Under the pieces are notes generated by a model that saw only the letters and a list, made by a program, of their open reading frames with translations, ran no database searches and was not told the DNA's origin. A stretch of DNA of 64,000 bases, taken from a virus. Positions 1-10,920 of the stretch are shown here, piece by piece. Every line of letters begins with the position of its first letter. The first letter of the stretch is position 1. A program made the translations under genes and the position numbers. The stretch covers positions 82,626-146,625 of the IMG/VR virus record IMGVR_UViG_3300036851_000176. One strand, given 5' to 3'.

Positions 1-2
1 TA

Positions 3-932
3 CAACTCCAAGGAATTCGTTGGATCGGGAGACATGTCGAGCACGAATGTGTCGTTGACTCCATCGATTGTCCCAGCAGGCGTCTCGTTCCAAATGATGT
101 CTGACCGTGACAACGGACCAGTTGCGCCAGTGGCTCCTCCCGGTGATCCGGTAGCTCCAGCAGGGCCAGTTGATCCTGTTGCCCCAGAACCGCCAACCGC
201 TCCTGTCGCCCCATCTTCGCCTTGCGCTCCGGCTGGCCCTGATGGCCCCATGAGTCCATCGAGACCAATGTCTCCCGGAGGTCCTGCCGGTCCTGTCGGT
301 CCCGTGGCTCCTGTTGCGCCGCCAGGGCTTCCTGGGTCACCTTGAGGTCCGGTGGCTCCTGTGGCTCCTCCGGGGCTACCAGAGGCTCCTGCGGGGCCTG
401 TGGCCCCTGTGGCGCCCGATCCTGTTGCTCCCGTTGCTCCCGTTGCTCCGGCAGACCCCGTGGCGCCAGTCGATCCCTTGGCACCAGGAGTTCCGGCCGA
501 TCCTGTCGCTCCCACGTTCGAAGTCGAGAGATACCACACCGAACCATCCGGATCGATCTGGACGTGTGCCACGAATCCATCGACGGCAGGGATGACGAAC
601 TGTTCGCTCTTCTCTGGTCGGAACCCAACTGGAAGGACGAACACGACCGTATTCGGATCTCCATTCTGGAAGGCTCCTCGAATTCGAATCTCGCCATCGG
701 CAGATCGATAGAACGACACTGCCACGTAATCTCCGCCAACATTTCCCCACCCGTTCTTGAAAACGGCGGTAAATCCCCCATTTTCTGATCCAGGATCTCC
801 ATCAGGCAAATCTGCCGTGCTGTCAACAACAGGGATCCAGCCCGTGTCCGGGAGTTTGCGAGGTCGGCGAAGTTCCTTGATCGTGTCCGTCAGGTCACGA
901 TTGAAGTGCCGAAGATCGGGACTCTTGCTCAT
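3..932 (-). CDS. Collagen-like tail fibre / minor tail protein (runs off the left edge; absent from the ORF track)
   Basis: ATG at 932 overlaps the TGA of the upstream gene (ATGA). Manual translation [34 protein letters not shown]...VLPVGFRP..., then long G-X-Y repeats ([10 protein letters not shown]...). Confidence 0.85.
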   Translation of the reverse strand, partial: MSKSPDLRHFNRDLTDTIKELRRPRKLPDTGWIPVVDSTADLPDGDPGSENGGFTAVFKNGWGNVGGDYVAVSFYRSADGEIRIRGAFQNGDPNTVVFVLPVGFRPEKSEQFVIPAVDGFVAHVQIDPDGSVWYLSTSNVGATGSAGTPGAKGSTGATGSAGATGATGATGSGATGATGPAGASGSPGGATGATGPQGDPGSPGGATGATGPTGPAGPPGDIGLDGLMGPSGPAGAQGEDGATGAVGGSGATGSTGPAGATGSPGGATGATGPLSRSDIIWNETPAGTIDGVNDTFVLDMSPDPTNSLEL

Positions 933-2194
933 GACTCTGGAACCTTACTGTGGAAGTCACTGGCGATTCGGAGAGATGCCGTCTCAACACAGTTGTCAGA
1001 GAGCGACAAGATGACCTCGTAAATGCGCTGCTTCACATTCGAGACCGAGAGCGCGCCCTTGCTGGCGTTAAGCATGACAAGATCACCGAGTCCGTAGTGA
1101 TACCCGTAATAGGGAGGCTTCAGCGCCGCCTGCTCAATTGCGTACACGACTGGTTTGTCTCCGAGGCGCTGCAATGCTTCCTTGGCCTGCTTGTCGAGGA
1201 TTCCAGTCTCGTCCACCATGTCCTCTGAATCCGAGTCCACGATGAACATGTAGTTACCGACAGAGTTGACTGAGTAGTCGCCAGTGTCCTGGTTGAATCG
1301 AACCTTGCGATGCGTTTCGGGGTCGTTGTTTCCGACCGCCCAGACGAAGTTCGAGAAGTTACCGTCCTTTCCGACAACGACCTCTTCCGTTTCTACGAAA
1401 TCGTCCAGGTTCGACGCACCTGTGCAGAAATCGAAACTGACGCTACTGCTCACATCACTGCCCCTCTGTGGCGAAGTCTTGAAGTACATAAGCGCGTAGT
1501 CTCCGCGATTGATGTACTCAGGAATCAAATCAGGAGCCGGGTTGCCGTCCTCGTAGGTGAATATCATCTCCTGAATCTCGTCCCAAACCCAATTTCCTCG
1601 ACGCACGTTTCTGCCATTAGCGATCTGGATCGTTTTCTCCCAATAGGGAGGCCCAGTCGTTGGCTTGATGATGCCGGTTAGGGCTACATCTGTCTCTGAT
1701 CCCAACTGATGATTTACGAGATCGATCAGGCGCCAGCAGAGAGCGGACACATCCCACTTCAGTCCGTCCATGTTTCCGCCGTCCCAGCCGTGACTGAGGT
1801 TCTGTCCCGCGTAGTCGATGACCAGTTTCCAGTTGTTGCGGTGGAATCGTCCCTGAAGACGCCAGAACGGTGACTGAGCAAGCACGGACAGAGTGTTGGC
1901 CTGTCCAGCCTTCTCGCATCTGGTGATGATCCCCGCAAAGCACGGAGTTCCTGGCGGGTCGGTATAGAAAACCGAGTTGATTGGATCGTTGATCGTGCGC
2001 CACACCTTCACAGTGCGTCGAAGCGCCTTCAACTCGTTCGCGTTCTCGTTGTCCAACCATACCGTGAACGAGCACGAGTCGATTCCGTTGAGAGGAAGCG
2101 AGAGCGTCTGGTCTGTCGCGCCCTCGATCGTGCAGACCTCCGTTCCGTCCAGTTCGAAGATCTTGATGAGCCAGGTGAGGGTGATCTGCGCCAC
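929..2194 (-). CDS. Minor tail protein (Tal/hub-like)
   Basis: 421 aa, lies after tape measure and Dit; C-terminal YGLGDLV...RIYEVILS motif typical of siphovirus minor tail proteins. Confidence 0.7.
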   Translation of the reverse strand: MAQITLTWLIKIFELDGTEVCTIEGATDQTLSLPLNGIDSCSFTVWLDNENANELKALRRTVKVWRTINDPINSVFYTDPPGTPCFAGIITRCEKAGQANTLSVLAQSPFWRLQGRFHRNNWKLVIDYAGQNLSHGWDGGNMDGLKWDVSALCWRLIDLVNHQLGSETDVALTGIIKPTTGPPYWEKTIQIANGRNVRRGNWVWDEIQEMIFTYEDGNPAPDLIPEYINRGDYALMYFKTSPQRGSDVSSSVSFDFCTGASNLDDFVETEEVVVGKDGNFSNFVWAVGNNDPETHRKVRFNQDTGDYSVNSVGNYMFIVDSDSEDMVDETGILDKQAKEALQRLGDKPVVYAIEQAALKPPYYGYHYGLGDLVMLNASKGALSVSNVKQRIYEVILSLSDNCVETASLRIASDFHSKVPES

Positions 2195-2199
2195 TCAGA

Positions 2200-2688
2200 T
2201 CACATCCAGGACTGAAACTTAGTGGTGCCTCCGACGTAATAGATGGTCGGATCGTCCGCGCGCAAGCCAACAGTCCAATCCTGTCGCCAGTTGCCGGTCG
2301 CGTCGTTCCACTCATCTGTGATCACCAGCGGCTGATTGCAGTATGCGGTGATGTATACCTGTGCGTACTTTGGAGAGAAGTAGAACGCGAGCTGATGTTC
2401 TTGAAGGTCATAGAACATTCGCATCAGTTCCAATTCTCCGTCACGAAGGTCGGTGAGGTTGCGCGCATAAATCCTTCCGGTGAGGACAACCTGCTTGCCG
2501 GAGCGCTGCACCTCTCCGTGGACCTCTCCCGGGCCGCACGGGTTCGGGTGTGTCTCGGTGCGGATCTCGTCTCCGAAAAGACCATCCGCGTTCGTAACCG
2601 GGATCCAGTAGTAGGGGCTAACCATCAGACTTGCTTTAGCGCCATCGTTGAGAGTGCCGCTGTTGAAGGTGATTGGCTTTTCGATCAT
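2200..2688 (-). CDS. Distal tail protein (Dit-like)
   Basis: Immediately downstream of tape measure; ends with LRADDPTIY, a Dit-like motif. Confidence 0.65.
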   Translation of the reverse strand: MIEKPITFNSGTLNDGAKASLMVSPYYWIPVTNADGLFGDEIRTETHPNPCGPGEVHGEVQRSGKQVVLTGRIYARNLTDLRDGELELMRMFYDLQEHQLAFYFSPKYAQVYITAYCNQPLVITDEWNDATGNWRQDWTVGLRADDPTIYYVGGTTKFQSWM

Positions 2689-2691
2689 CGC

Positions 2692-5600
2692 TTATCCGCT
2701 CTCCGCATGGATCTTGGCGACGCGCATCACATAGTCGATGTCCACCTTCGGTGATGCCGTGATGATCTCGAACGTCTGATTGGTCTGCTTCGTTGCCCCC
2801 GTGGCCTTGGGAGTCGCTCCTCGTGCCACCACTCCCCCGGCTGCAAAACTCTGGTGAGGCACGGACGCGGGCTGGAATCCAACCACGCCGCCGCTGCCGT
2901 AACTCCACAACTTGCTGCGCATGATCGCTCCGATCGCCGCCTGTCCTCCTTCTCCTTCATGGATCCCCAGGCCGCGCATGACGTGTCCTCGCTTCCAGGC
3001 ATTGATCTGCGCACGCGTCGCTCCCGCATAACCCTGTGCGCGCTTCACATACTCAGGGATCCAGAATCCCTTGCTCTTGATGATGTATTGGAGATCGTTT
3101 CGCGCAAGGTTGACGTACTGACCCAGAGGCGTGTCGATGAACAGGGGTGATCGGGCTTCTCGTGCCTTCTGCTGCGCAGCGGTCCCTTCTCCGCCGGGAA
3201 CTCCCAACTCTGTTCCGGCCCAATCGTCGATGTCAGGACTGAATCCGAACCACTGTCCCATGCGATCGTTGTCGAATCCATGAGCGAGATTTCCGACGCC
3301 AGCCAGGAGTCTTCGTGCCTGCTTTCGCTTGCGGATATGCTCAGACATCGACTCGCCCCTGCTCTTACCGAACAAGAACTCCTTGATGAGTCCCACTGGC
3401 AGGCCGAGAGCGTGAGCAATCTGCGACTGCTGTCCCTGATTGAGCACCCATTCTCCAACGTGAGCAGTGATAGGAACAGCTGCTCCCAATCCGGCGCCTC
3501 CGACTTCTCCGCCCTGGTCGTAACTTCCTCCGTATCGCTCAGCGAATCGTTTGAAGGCATCCTGTCTCTGCTTAGCCGTTGCGTGCGGGTGTGCGCGTGA
3601 CCAGGCTCGATACGCCTGCATCGCTCGTGGCGACAGAGTTGCTTCTCCGCCGCTATCTCCTTTCCCGAACAGATCGGCTGCGAGTCTTCCGGGTGCTCCC
3701 AGCGGGCTATCGGCGGCTGCCTTCGCCACTCTTTTTGTCCACTGAACTGCGTCGTAGGCGAGGCTGCCAAGGATCTTTCCCAATCCCTGCAAGGCTCCTC
3801 CGAGGATGGGAATCCTTCGAATGACCTTCGAAAGTTCGTACCCCGCGATGAGCGCAACACCTGCGAGACCAGCACGCAGACCAAGTTTCAGGATGAGGCT
3901 GTTCGTTGCTGGCAACAAGTTTCTCGTCATGATTCCACCAACGATCGGCAAACGCGCTCCCCACCTGTTGAGAGCACCACGAAGGCGTCCGAGTCGAGTT
4001 GTAGTAGTCACGGTTTCTCGGCCCAGCGCTCTTTCGGCATCGCGAGCCTTCCAGTATGCGTCTCCTTCTGCCTTGCCCATCTTGCGTCCACTGAAACCTC
4101 CGCCTGCGCCTCCGAGAGTAATCGCCTCGACAAGAGTCGCAGTCTGAGCAGCCTTGGCGGCAAGTTCGGCTGCCGCAGTTTGCTCGATTGCTGTCACTTC
4201 TGGATTCAGAAACTTGCCAATCGCTCCTGAAATTCGAGAAGCGCCTACACGAGCGGCAAGAGCGGCTGTTCCTCTAGCCAGTCCTCTGATGATCTGTCGC
4301 AGCGCGAATCCCACGCCCGGAACGATCTTGGAAGCGAGGACCAGAGCGACAAAGATCTCTGTGATTTGCTTGAGACCTGGCTGTGAAGCAGCGACTGCCA
4401 GAATGCGGAACAATCCTCCGTAAGCCTCTCCAACGTGCTTGAGCGCAGGAAGGCCAATCGTCTCCAGGTCAGTCAGGAATGTCGTGAAGGCCGAGTTCTG
4501 CGACAGATCGAACAGTACCTTGATCAACTTTCCGAAGAATTCGAGAATCTGACCCGAAATTTCGATTGACTTCAAGAAGAATTCGCGAGCCGCCTGGTGT
4601 TTCGGTCCGTTGAGTTCGTCAGCCCATCTCTGGAATGCTGCCGTCATTCTCTCCAGAGCCGTACCTCCCGGACCAGCAGCGACCCCGATCACGGCTCCGA
4701 GGAAGTGGAAGAACGCCCCCAGGAACTTCATGAACTGGTCCAGGAAGCCCTGCGATCGTTCGGCGAATGCTCCGAGACGATTCTGCTGGAACCCGGCACC
4801 TGCCCGGGCTGGCTGACCTGCGCGCTCATTCTGACGACCCAGGAAACCACTCACTCCGCCAAGGATGTGAGAGAATACTGGTGCGAACGCCAATGCGATC
4901 TTTTCGACCAGAGTGAAGATCTGCTCGAAGATGCGGACGATCGTCGGCAGATTTTTGTTCGCGAGGTTGATGAAGCTCGTGAAGAAGGCTCTCTGTTCTG
5001 GACTCGTGAAAAATCGCGCCAGTTCTCGGATAGAGTTACCAATCGTCGTCGCGAGTCCTCTCCACGCCGCCATGAAGTTCTTGTCTGCGAACAACTTCTC
5101 CAGGGTTTGAATCGCATCCCCGATCGCGTCAAGGATCGCGTCTGTCAGGGGACGAGTTGCTTTCTTCCACAGAGCCTTGAATCTGTCTACGATTGCCAGG
5201 AGCCGACGCTCGGTCGGGTCCAGCCCCTTGAGTGCCTGCTGAGCCGCGTCTTCTCCGGCTGCTCCCTGAGGTTTCGTGACGTACCCTGTTCTCTTTGCTC
5301 GCGCCGCATCCTCAACAGCGCGCTGCCTCGCAATCGTCGCCTCTTTCTGACGCTGCGCTGCCTCCTGAACAGCCAATTGTGCTCGACGCTTTTCGAGATC
5401 CTGAGTGTTGGCCGCTGCTGCGTTTTTGGCCGCGTTGAACTGCTGTTGGGCTGTGGCGAGTTGGGATAGCGCTGCGGAGATTGCCGCAGGATCTCCGGTG
5501 GCCTGTGCCAAAGCCAGAGCCTGCTGCGCCTGGGTGACGTTTCCCTTGAGGACACCCAGTTCACGCTGATCCTGAGCCTCTGCTCTAGCCATGTCGCGGA

Positions 5601-6453
5601 GCCGCTGCTTGGCTTCGAGCAACGACAGGCGTGCGCTCTTCTCTGCAAGGATCGCATCGATCTTCTGGTTCTGAATGTCAACCAAATCGCGCGCATTCTT
5701 GCGTTCCTCGCCAGCAAGATCGCGAGTGGATCTGATGTGTTCCTTCTGGAGCAAGGTCGAAGCGTTCAGAACAGCCTTGAGGCGACCGACAGCGGCGACG
5801 AGCAGACCGACCACGGGGATAGCCTGCATCACGCCTGCGACGAGGGCACCGCCGATCGCCGCCGCTGCCAGTGTTGCCGCCGAGGCCACAGAAATCAGCG
5901 CTGCGGCTAGGTTCAATACCGCCGTGACCAGCGAGAAGATCACGGGAGCCAGAAGGGCTGCTACCGTGTTCATTCGCGTCAGGCTCTTGACGGCGTTGTC
6001 AAATCCTCTCGAAGCGTTGTAGGCGAAGTTGAAGAATGCTCCCTGCGCCTGACGAGTCGCGTAGTCCATATCGCGGACGCCTCGCCTCAGATCGAAAAAC
6101 TGACGCTGGATACCGAGCGCTGCCTGGCGAACTCGTCCAAATCCCTTTTCGAGAGCATTGTTGCTTCTCAGGAGGCGCTGAGTCTCCAAGTCGAGCATGT
6201 GCATCGTATGCACCTTGTCTTTGATCACGGCCACTTCTCTGTTGGCCGCAATGACCGCTCGCTCCGCAGCCTGAGACGAATTTCTGGAGGCTCCGGCCTG
6301 TCTGGTCTGCGAAACCGTCACCCGGTCCGTGGCACTGGACAGCCCTTCGGCTTCGGCCTTGAACGCCCTCAATTCCGCGCTCGCCTTGGCAAGCGTGGCC
6401 GTGAGGTTGTCGCGCCCCTGGAGAATAATTTCAATGAAGTATTCTGCGTCCAT
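2692..6453 (-). CDS. Tape measure protein
   Basis: 1253 aa, Ala/Leu-rich helical protein with hydrophobic stretches; N-terminal IEIILQGRDN and C-terminal GGxV/GEWVLN motifs; tail-module position. Confidence 0.9.
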   Translation of the reverse strand: MDAEYFIEIILQGRDNLTATLAKASAELRAFKAEAEGLSSATDRVTVSQTRQAGASRNSSQAAERAVIAANREVAVIKDKVHTMHMLDLETQRLLRSNNALEKGFGRVRQAALGIQRQFFDLRRGVRDMDYATRQAQGAFFNFAYNASRGFDNAVKSLTRMNTVAALLAPVIFSLVTAVLNLAAALISVASAATLAAAAIGGALVAGVMQAIPVVGLLVAAVGRLKAVLNASTLLQKEHIRSTRDLAGEERKNARDLVDIQNQKIDAILAEKSARLSLLEAKQRLRDMARAEAQDQRELGVLKGNVTQAQQALALAQATGDPAAISAALSQLATAQQQFNAAKNAAAANTQDLEKRRAQLAVQEAAQRQKEATIARQRAVEDAARAKRTGYVTKPQGAAGEDAAQQALKGLDPTERRLLAIVDRFKALWKKATRPLTDAILDAIGDAIQTLEKLFADKNFMAAWRGLATTIGNSIRELARFFTSPEQRAFFTSFINLANKNLPTIVRIFEQIFTLVEKIALAFAPVFSHILGGVSGFLGRQNERAGQPARAGAGFQQNRLGAFAERSQGFLDQFMKFLGAFFHFLGAVIGVAAGPGGTALERMTAAFQRWADELNGPKHQAAREFFLKSIEISGQILEFFGKLIKVLFDLSQNSAFTTFLTDLETIGLPALKHVGEAYGGLFRILAVAASQPGLKQITEIFVALVLASKIVPGVGFALRQIIRGLARGTAALAARVGASRISGAIGKFLNPEVTAIEQTAAAELAAKAAQTATLVEAITLGGAGGGFSGRKMGKAEGDAYWKARDAERALGRETVTTTTRLGRLRGALNRWGARLPIVGGIMTRNLLPATNSLILKLGLRAGLAGVALIAGYELSKVIRRIPILGGALQGLGKILGSLAYDAVQWTKRVAKAAADSPLGAPGRLAADLFGKGDSGGEATLSPRAMQAYRAWSRAHPHATAKQRQDAFKRFAERYGGSYDQGGEVGGAGLGAAVPITAHVGEWVLNQGQQSQIAHALGLPVGLIKEFLFGKSRGESMSEHIRKRKQARRLLAGVGNLAHGFDNDRMGQWFGFSPDIDDWAGTELGVPGGEGTAAQQKAREARSPLFIDTPLGQYVNLARNDLQYIIKSKGFWIPEYVKRAQGYAGATRAQINAWKRGHVMRGLGIHEGEGGQAAIGAIMRSKLWSYGSGGVVGFQPASVPHQSFAAGGVVARGATPKATGATKQTNQTFEIITASPKVDIDYVMRVAKIHAESG

Positions 6454-6620
6454 TACTGCTTAGCCCTTAGGCGTTCCAACTCCCTTCGCTTCGCTGCGAT
6501 CTCTCCTTCGATCTGCGCTCGTCTTGGGAGGAGATCTGCCTCTGCTGCTAGCGCCTGATGCTGCGCCTCCAGCAAGCGGATCTCCTCCCGCACTCTGTCG
6601 ATGCGCTCCTTCCGGTTCAC
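6453..6620 (-). CDS. Small coiled-coil hypothetical protein (55 aa)
   Basis: GTG start overlaps the previous stop, TAA overlaps the tape measure ATG; MNRKERIDRVREEIRLLEAQHQALAAEADLLPRRAQIEGEIAAKRRELERLRAKQ. Confidence 0.6.
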   Translation of the reverse strand: MNRKERIDRVREEIRLLEAQHQALAAEADLLPRRAQIEGEIAAKRRELERLRAKQ

Positions 6621-7051
6621 TCTGAGTCGAGTTCCCCTTCCCGGCCAGCCGCTTTGTAAGCGACGACCAGAGCGGCATCGATTGTCTCCAGACCCTTACG
6701 GGCCGGGTCGAGAGCGGCGACGGTGTCCAGGAAATCCTGGGACATGCCGAGCGCCCCGATGTTCTTCTTGCGCAGTTCCAGGCGCTTGATCTCTGCGATC
6801 TGACGCTCCTTCGCTTCGCTGAGACCGACGATGGTTTTGTTCGCCTGCATCTTGGTCTTGAGTTCAAGCAAGATGTCGGCGTCCACCTGAACGGTGTCGA
6901 TGCCGTCCATCGGCGTGACAGCCTTCGTCGTCTCCAGCTCGCGCACCGCGTCCGCCGAGAGCTGCGCGTGGTTAAGCGACTTGAACTTCTTCCAGTCGCT
7001 GTACACGACGCGCTTCGTCTTCTTCAGGCCCCTTGCGGTTCCTGTGGTCAT
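6617..7051 (-). CDS. Hypothetical protein
   Basis: Strong RBS GAAGGAGGTG before ATG at 7051 (MTTGTARG...). Confidence 0.7.
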   Translation of the reverse strand: MTTGTARGLKKTKRVVYSDWKKFKSLNHAQLSADAVRELETTKAVTPMDGIDTVQVDADILLELKTKMQANKTIVGLSEAKERQIAEIKRLELRKKNIGALGMSQDFLDTVAALDPARKGLETIDAALVVAYKAAGREGELDSE

Positions 7052-7070
7052 TCGGGCACCTCCTTCGTTA

Positions 7071-7364
7071 CTAGTCGAGACCCGACATACCGAGTCCCGT
7101 GGTGAACGCCTTGCGGCGCTTGTGCTTACGGATGTATCTGCGTGCTGCTTCGATCTGTTCTGATGCTCTCCGAAGGGCTTCCTCTGCTTGCAATTCGGCG
7201 TATCCGTTCTGACCCTTCGCCAGGTCTTTGGCATGGATCAAAAGATCCTCAGCGGCATCCAACTCATCTCCGAGTCGGCTGACCTCTTTGGACAGACCAG
7301 AGACTAGAGATTCGAGTTCTCGCTCTCGTCTCCGACACTCGTCATGCACGCCTGATTTGCTCAC
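7071..7364 (-). CDS. Hypothetical coiled-coil protein
   Basis: 97 aa ORF coupled (GTGA) to the chaperone extension. Confidence 0.6.
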   Translation of the reverse strand: MSKSGVHDECRRRERELESLVSGLSKEVSRLGDELDAAEDLLIHAKDLAKGQNGYAELQAEEALRRASEQIEAARRYIRKHKRRKAFTTGLGMSGLD

Positions 7365-8385
7365 GTCTGGTCGATCTCCTTCTTGAAATCCTTCATGAGT
7401 CTCTCCGAGCGATCTTGTCGGACTGCTGCCTCTTCCATCATCCCTGCGATGATCGCGTCTTCTGTGCCGATGCGCGGCGATTTGATGGCTGCGAAAAACG
7501 GATCTGTCCAGTCGATCTCGTTATCCTCTGGCTTAACGCCGGTACGGATTTCGACGACCGCTCTATTGAATCCATCTTCAATCTGTTGCAGCATTCCTGT
7601 CCTTGATCCCTCCTTGCCTTCCTCCTGGGGGTCGTAGTTCGAGTTGCCCCAGACTCCAGCGATCATCATGTTCTTCACTTCGATGAGTTGTGCGATTGCT
7701 TTGCGCTTCGCGTGAGCCTCGAACATTTTCTCGAACAGTTTCCAGTAGGTCTCCTTCAGTTGTTCGATTGTCTCGGGGTGTTCGCTGCTGTACTCCTCCA
7801 GAGCCTCTACGACTGTGATGGCGGGGACTTCATCTTGCTTCCCGCCTTCTCCGCTAGTGGCGCGATCTGCTCCTTGAAAAAATCCCGCAGCACTTCCCAG
7901 TTCTGATCGAAGAAGGTGTCGAGGATCGCGGCGCCATCGGCGTCACTCAGCCCGCCTTTCTCTTCGTCCAGTTCGAAGATCTCCTTCACGATCTCGCGCT
8001 GTCCGCGCGGAACGTTCAGGATCGTGCAGTACAGATCTCCGACGATCTCTGGGGCATACGAGATCAGTTTGGCGACACCGCGAACGAACGTGTCGGCGTC
8101 CTTTACGTCCTCGATCAGATTTCCGGATCGCTCCGGAGTATCGAGAAGGTCTCCGACCGAGATGCCGGTCGGTCCGGTCATCGCACGGTCGAGCGCACGA
8201 CCCAGGACGGCGAAGAAATCGAGCTTGCCGAAGAAGGTCAGTGGCTTCTGCTGAAACGTGAACTCGTAGTCGTCTTTACCGACGACCTGAACACGCGTGG
8301 CGACACTCGGCACGAGAATCTCTGCGGGATCCACAGCCTCTGTCTCCTGGTCTTTGGTTTCTACTGCTGATGCTACTGCGGTCAC
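7361..8385 (-). CDS. Tail assembly chaperone: short form 7807-8385 and -1 frameshifted long form ending at 7361
   Basis: Slippery heptamer T TTT TTC at 7882-7876; the -1 frame is open from there into ORF 7361-7726 (checked codon by codon). Confidence 0.8.
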
Positions 8386-8403
8386 TTTGTGACTCCTTTC
8401 TGT

Positions 8404-8937
8404 TTACCTGGCAATCTGACGAGCCAGTCTATGAATGCGAAGCGGAATTTCTGAGCGCTTCGCGATTTCGAACGCTTCAGTCAAGAAGGGCTGTGGTCTC
8501 TGTCCCTTGTTCTCAACCCTCTTTCGGAAGTACACCTCTCCATCTCCCGCCGTCAGTTTGAGGACGTTGCCGACCGCTGGATTTCTTCGTCCTAGTCGAT
8601 CGATTCCCCAGTTCGGCGGGAAGTTCGTCTGCTGCTTCTCGATCACGAACGGCCGATGAAGCGGGCCGTAGATACCGGTTCCGCCATGAACGAACTTCGC
8701 GTGCTTTGGAAATCTCCGAACGCCAACGCCGCCTCGGTAGTGTCCTCCGCCCATCGGATGGGCCGGTGTCTCCCCGACTGCCTCTCCAAGTGCTCCCGGA
8801 GCCGCAGCGCGAGCCAGCCTCCCGATGGTTCCGCTGATGTCATCCATCGCTTCCATGAGGTAGTGCCCCGTTCGAGCGATGGTCGCATCAACGTCACGGT
8901 AGAACCTCTGTTCCCCGACGACCTTGACTTGGATCAC
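8404..8937 (-). CDS. HK97 gp10-like neck / tail-completion protein
   Basis: HAKFVHGGTG and KGQRPQPFLTEA motifs. Confidence 0.75.
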   Translation of the reverse strand: MIQVKVVGEQRFYRDVDATIARTGHYLMEAMDDISGTIGRLARAAAPGALGEAVGETPAHPMGGGHYRGGVGVRRFPKHAKFVHGGTGIYGPLHRPFVIEKQQTNFPPNWGIDRLGRRNPAVGNVLKLTAGDGEVYFRKRVENKGQRPQPFLTEAFEIAKRSEIPLRIHRLARQIAR

Positions 8938-9125
8938 GCCGCCGATGTCCCTTCGTTGGCTGTCGTACTGTCGGGACGCTTGTACGTGACCTTGCCTCGA
9001 TTGATGACAACGGGAGAAGCGGGAACGATCCGCTCGTAGAAGTCGTCTCCGTCCGAGTCGGTCATGTTCGGCTCCGCCTCATAACTGTCATCGTTGTCGG
9101 CGTTATGCGGAATCACTTTCGCCAT
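8934..9125 (-). CDS. Small hypothetical protein
   Basis: RBS GGAAGGAGG; tightly coupled within the structural operon. Confidence 0.6.
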   Translation of the reverse strand: MAKVIPHNADNDDSYEAEPNMTDSDGDDFYERIVPASPVVINRGKVTYKRPDSTTANEGTSAA

Positions 9126-9140
9126 GGCTTGCCTCCTTCC

Positions 9141-9782
9141 TTACGTTGTCGCGATCGACCCCGGATACGTGACCCACTGATCGATCCTGTAATCAAGACG
9201 CGCTCCCTGCCAGAACCAGCGGGGTCCGTGTCCTTTCTCCTGACGACGAACAAAAACGTCAGTCTTGATGATGTTCGGTTGGTTACCGATGCGCGGCACG
9301 ATCTTTCCAAGGGAGCGAGCATCGTCGCTCATGAGCACTTTGTGAGCTGCTGCGATCGTGCGGTCAAGACGGCTGCCAACAAGGATACAGGCATTGACGT
9401 TTTCGTCAACGTCCAGTCGGTCATCCGTTCCGACAGCCTTCACCATGATCTCGATCGCCAGGTTCACGAGATACCTGTCCTGGTGGTCGCTGTTAGTCGC
9501 CTGAGCATCGGCTCTCCAAGCAAACGCGGAAACGTTCGGGTAGCGCTCGATCGGAGCGTCCAGTAGCGAAGGCTGGATCCCCGGATAGAAATTCCGAGCC
9601 TCGATCTCCTCCACCTCGATTGTCGGGAGAGCACGACCAGTAAACGCCTCGAAGTCGGCGTCCTCTTCCGCCCAGTTGGCAGCGTCACTGATGACCTGGT
9701 CGTTAAGGTAGGCAAGGAGAAACCGCAGCGCTCCACGCTGGATTCGCTCGAACTCGATCTGATCAGTGATGATCCGCCCCAA
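9141..9782 (-). CDS. Putative tail terminator / head-tail connector
   Basis: 213 aa; position and YPxVS motif. Confidence 0.5.
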   Translation of the reverse strand: MGRIITDQIEFERIQRGALRFLLAYLNDQVISDAANWAEEDADFEAFTGRALPTIEVEEIEARNFYPGIQPSLLDAPIERYPNVSAFAWRADAQATNSDHQDRYLVNLAIEIMVKAVGTDDRLDVDENVNACILVGSRLDRTIAAAHKVLMSDDARSLGKIVPRIGNQPNIIKTDVFVRRQEKGHGPRWFWQGARLDYRIDQWVTYPGSIATT

Positions 9783-10334
9783 TTACACCAACTCCTCTCC
9801 GAGGAAATGGTCCAGCGAGGGGATGACACCAGGGACACGAGGTCTACTCTTGATGACCGGTCCGAACTCCTGGGGATCCGGGGTGATGAGGATGCCGCGA
9901 CCGTTGTCTCCGTATGAAACTCCTGGCGCCCAACTGGTCTTGCCAGAGATGCCGAGAACCTCGTCCCACTCGTCCGCGACTTCTGCGCTGAGGCGCTTGA
10001 AGAGTTCCTGAAGGTGGGCCAGTCGGCTCGGGAAATCTTCCGACTCCTCCGGTCCATGAGTTTCCACGGTCTCAGACTGATCCATCCAGTAGTCGATCGC
10101 AGCAGGGATGAACTTGAGGGTTGTGACCTTCCCGATGAACTCGATTTGTCGCGGGTTGAACTCGGCTTCCTCAGTTGGATTTGCCAATTCCGTGCTGAAC
10201 AGCCGGAAGATGACGTAGTTAGCCAAGGTCTGAAGGTCGTTCAGGGAGTAGTAGTCCGTCGTTTCGGACGGCCCGATCATGGCCTTGTAGGTCGCCGGGA
10301 CGTGCCGACGCACGGATTCTGTGATTGCTCCCAT
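9783..10334 (-). CDS. Putative head-to-tail adaptor
   Basis: 183 aa; RBS AGGAGGG; position in the virion module. Confidence 0.5.
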   Translation of the reverse strand: MGAITESVRRHVPATYKAMIGPSETTDYYSLNDLQTLANYVIFRLFSTELANPTEEAEFNPRQIEFIGKVTTLKFIPAAIDYWMDQSETVETHGPEESEDFPSRLAHLQELFKRLSAEVADEWDEVLGISGKTSWAPGVSYGDNGRGILITPDPQEFGPVIKSRPRVPGVIPSLDHFLGEELV

Positions 10335-10366
10335 CTACCCTCCTTTCCGCTTACGAATCCGTGCTG

Positions 10367-10837
10367 TTAGGACCTTGCTGCCGCGCCGACGAGAAAGGTG
10401 TTGGCGCCTGTCTTGCCGATCTGCTTCTCCGCTGTGTAGTACACGCGACTCGGAGTGACGAACTCCTGCTGAGTCTGAGCCTCCATGGTGACGATCTTCA
10501 CGTCACGCTCGTCCTCGGCATACACGAGTTCCTCGACCTCTCCCGCCTGGACCGCTTCGACCAGTTCAGGCTGGACTTCGGCGACCGCGACATACTGGCC
10601 GAGAGCGAGAACCTTCGATCGAACCTCATCGACGCGAGGTGCTTCCGCGTCACGAGCATCCTTTTCTCTTTCCTCGTCCTCGTCCTTGATCAGATGGATC
10701 TGAATCGATCCGTCTTTCTTCGTGCAGACGAGAAAACCCGTCGTCGATGTGACTTCGGGCTGTGTCTGCGAATCCTGTTCGGGGACTTCTGCTGCCGTCG
10801 TCTCGGCTGTCTTCTTCGTATCGGTGCTCTTGGGCAC
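10367..10837 (-). CDS. Acidic hypothetical virion-associated protein
   Basis: RBS AAGGAG; 156 aa. Confidence 0.6.
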   Translation of the reverse strand: MPKSTDTKKTAETTAAEVPEQDSQTQPEVTSTTGFLVCTKKDGSIQIHLIKDEDEEREKDARDAEAPRVDEVRSKVLALGQYVAVAEVQPELVEAVQAGEVEELVYAEDERDVKIVTMEAQTQQEFVTPSRVYYTAEKQIGKTGANTFLVGAAARS

Positions 10838-10862
10838 TGTGTCTCCTTTTCATTGGGGTGAA

Positions 10863-10882
10863 GCCACCCCCGAAGGGGTGGC
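10863..10882 (-). terminator. C(UUCG)G stem-loop after the major tail gene
   Basis: GCCACCCC-TTCG-GGGGTGGC on the minus strand; no U-tract. Confidence 0.5.
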
Positions 10883-10920
10883 CTCACTGATGACGATTTT
10901 CTTCACTTCTTCGGCCTGGC

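Noticed and set aside
34-788. Pro/Val/Ala-rich plus-strand ORFs
   Set aside because: Antisense reading of the collagen G-X-Y repeats.
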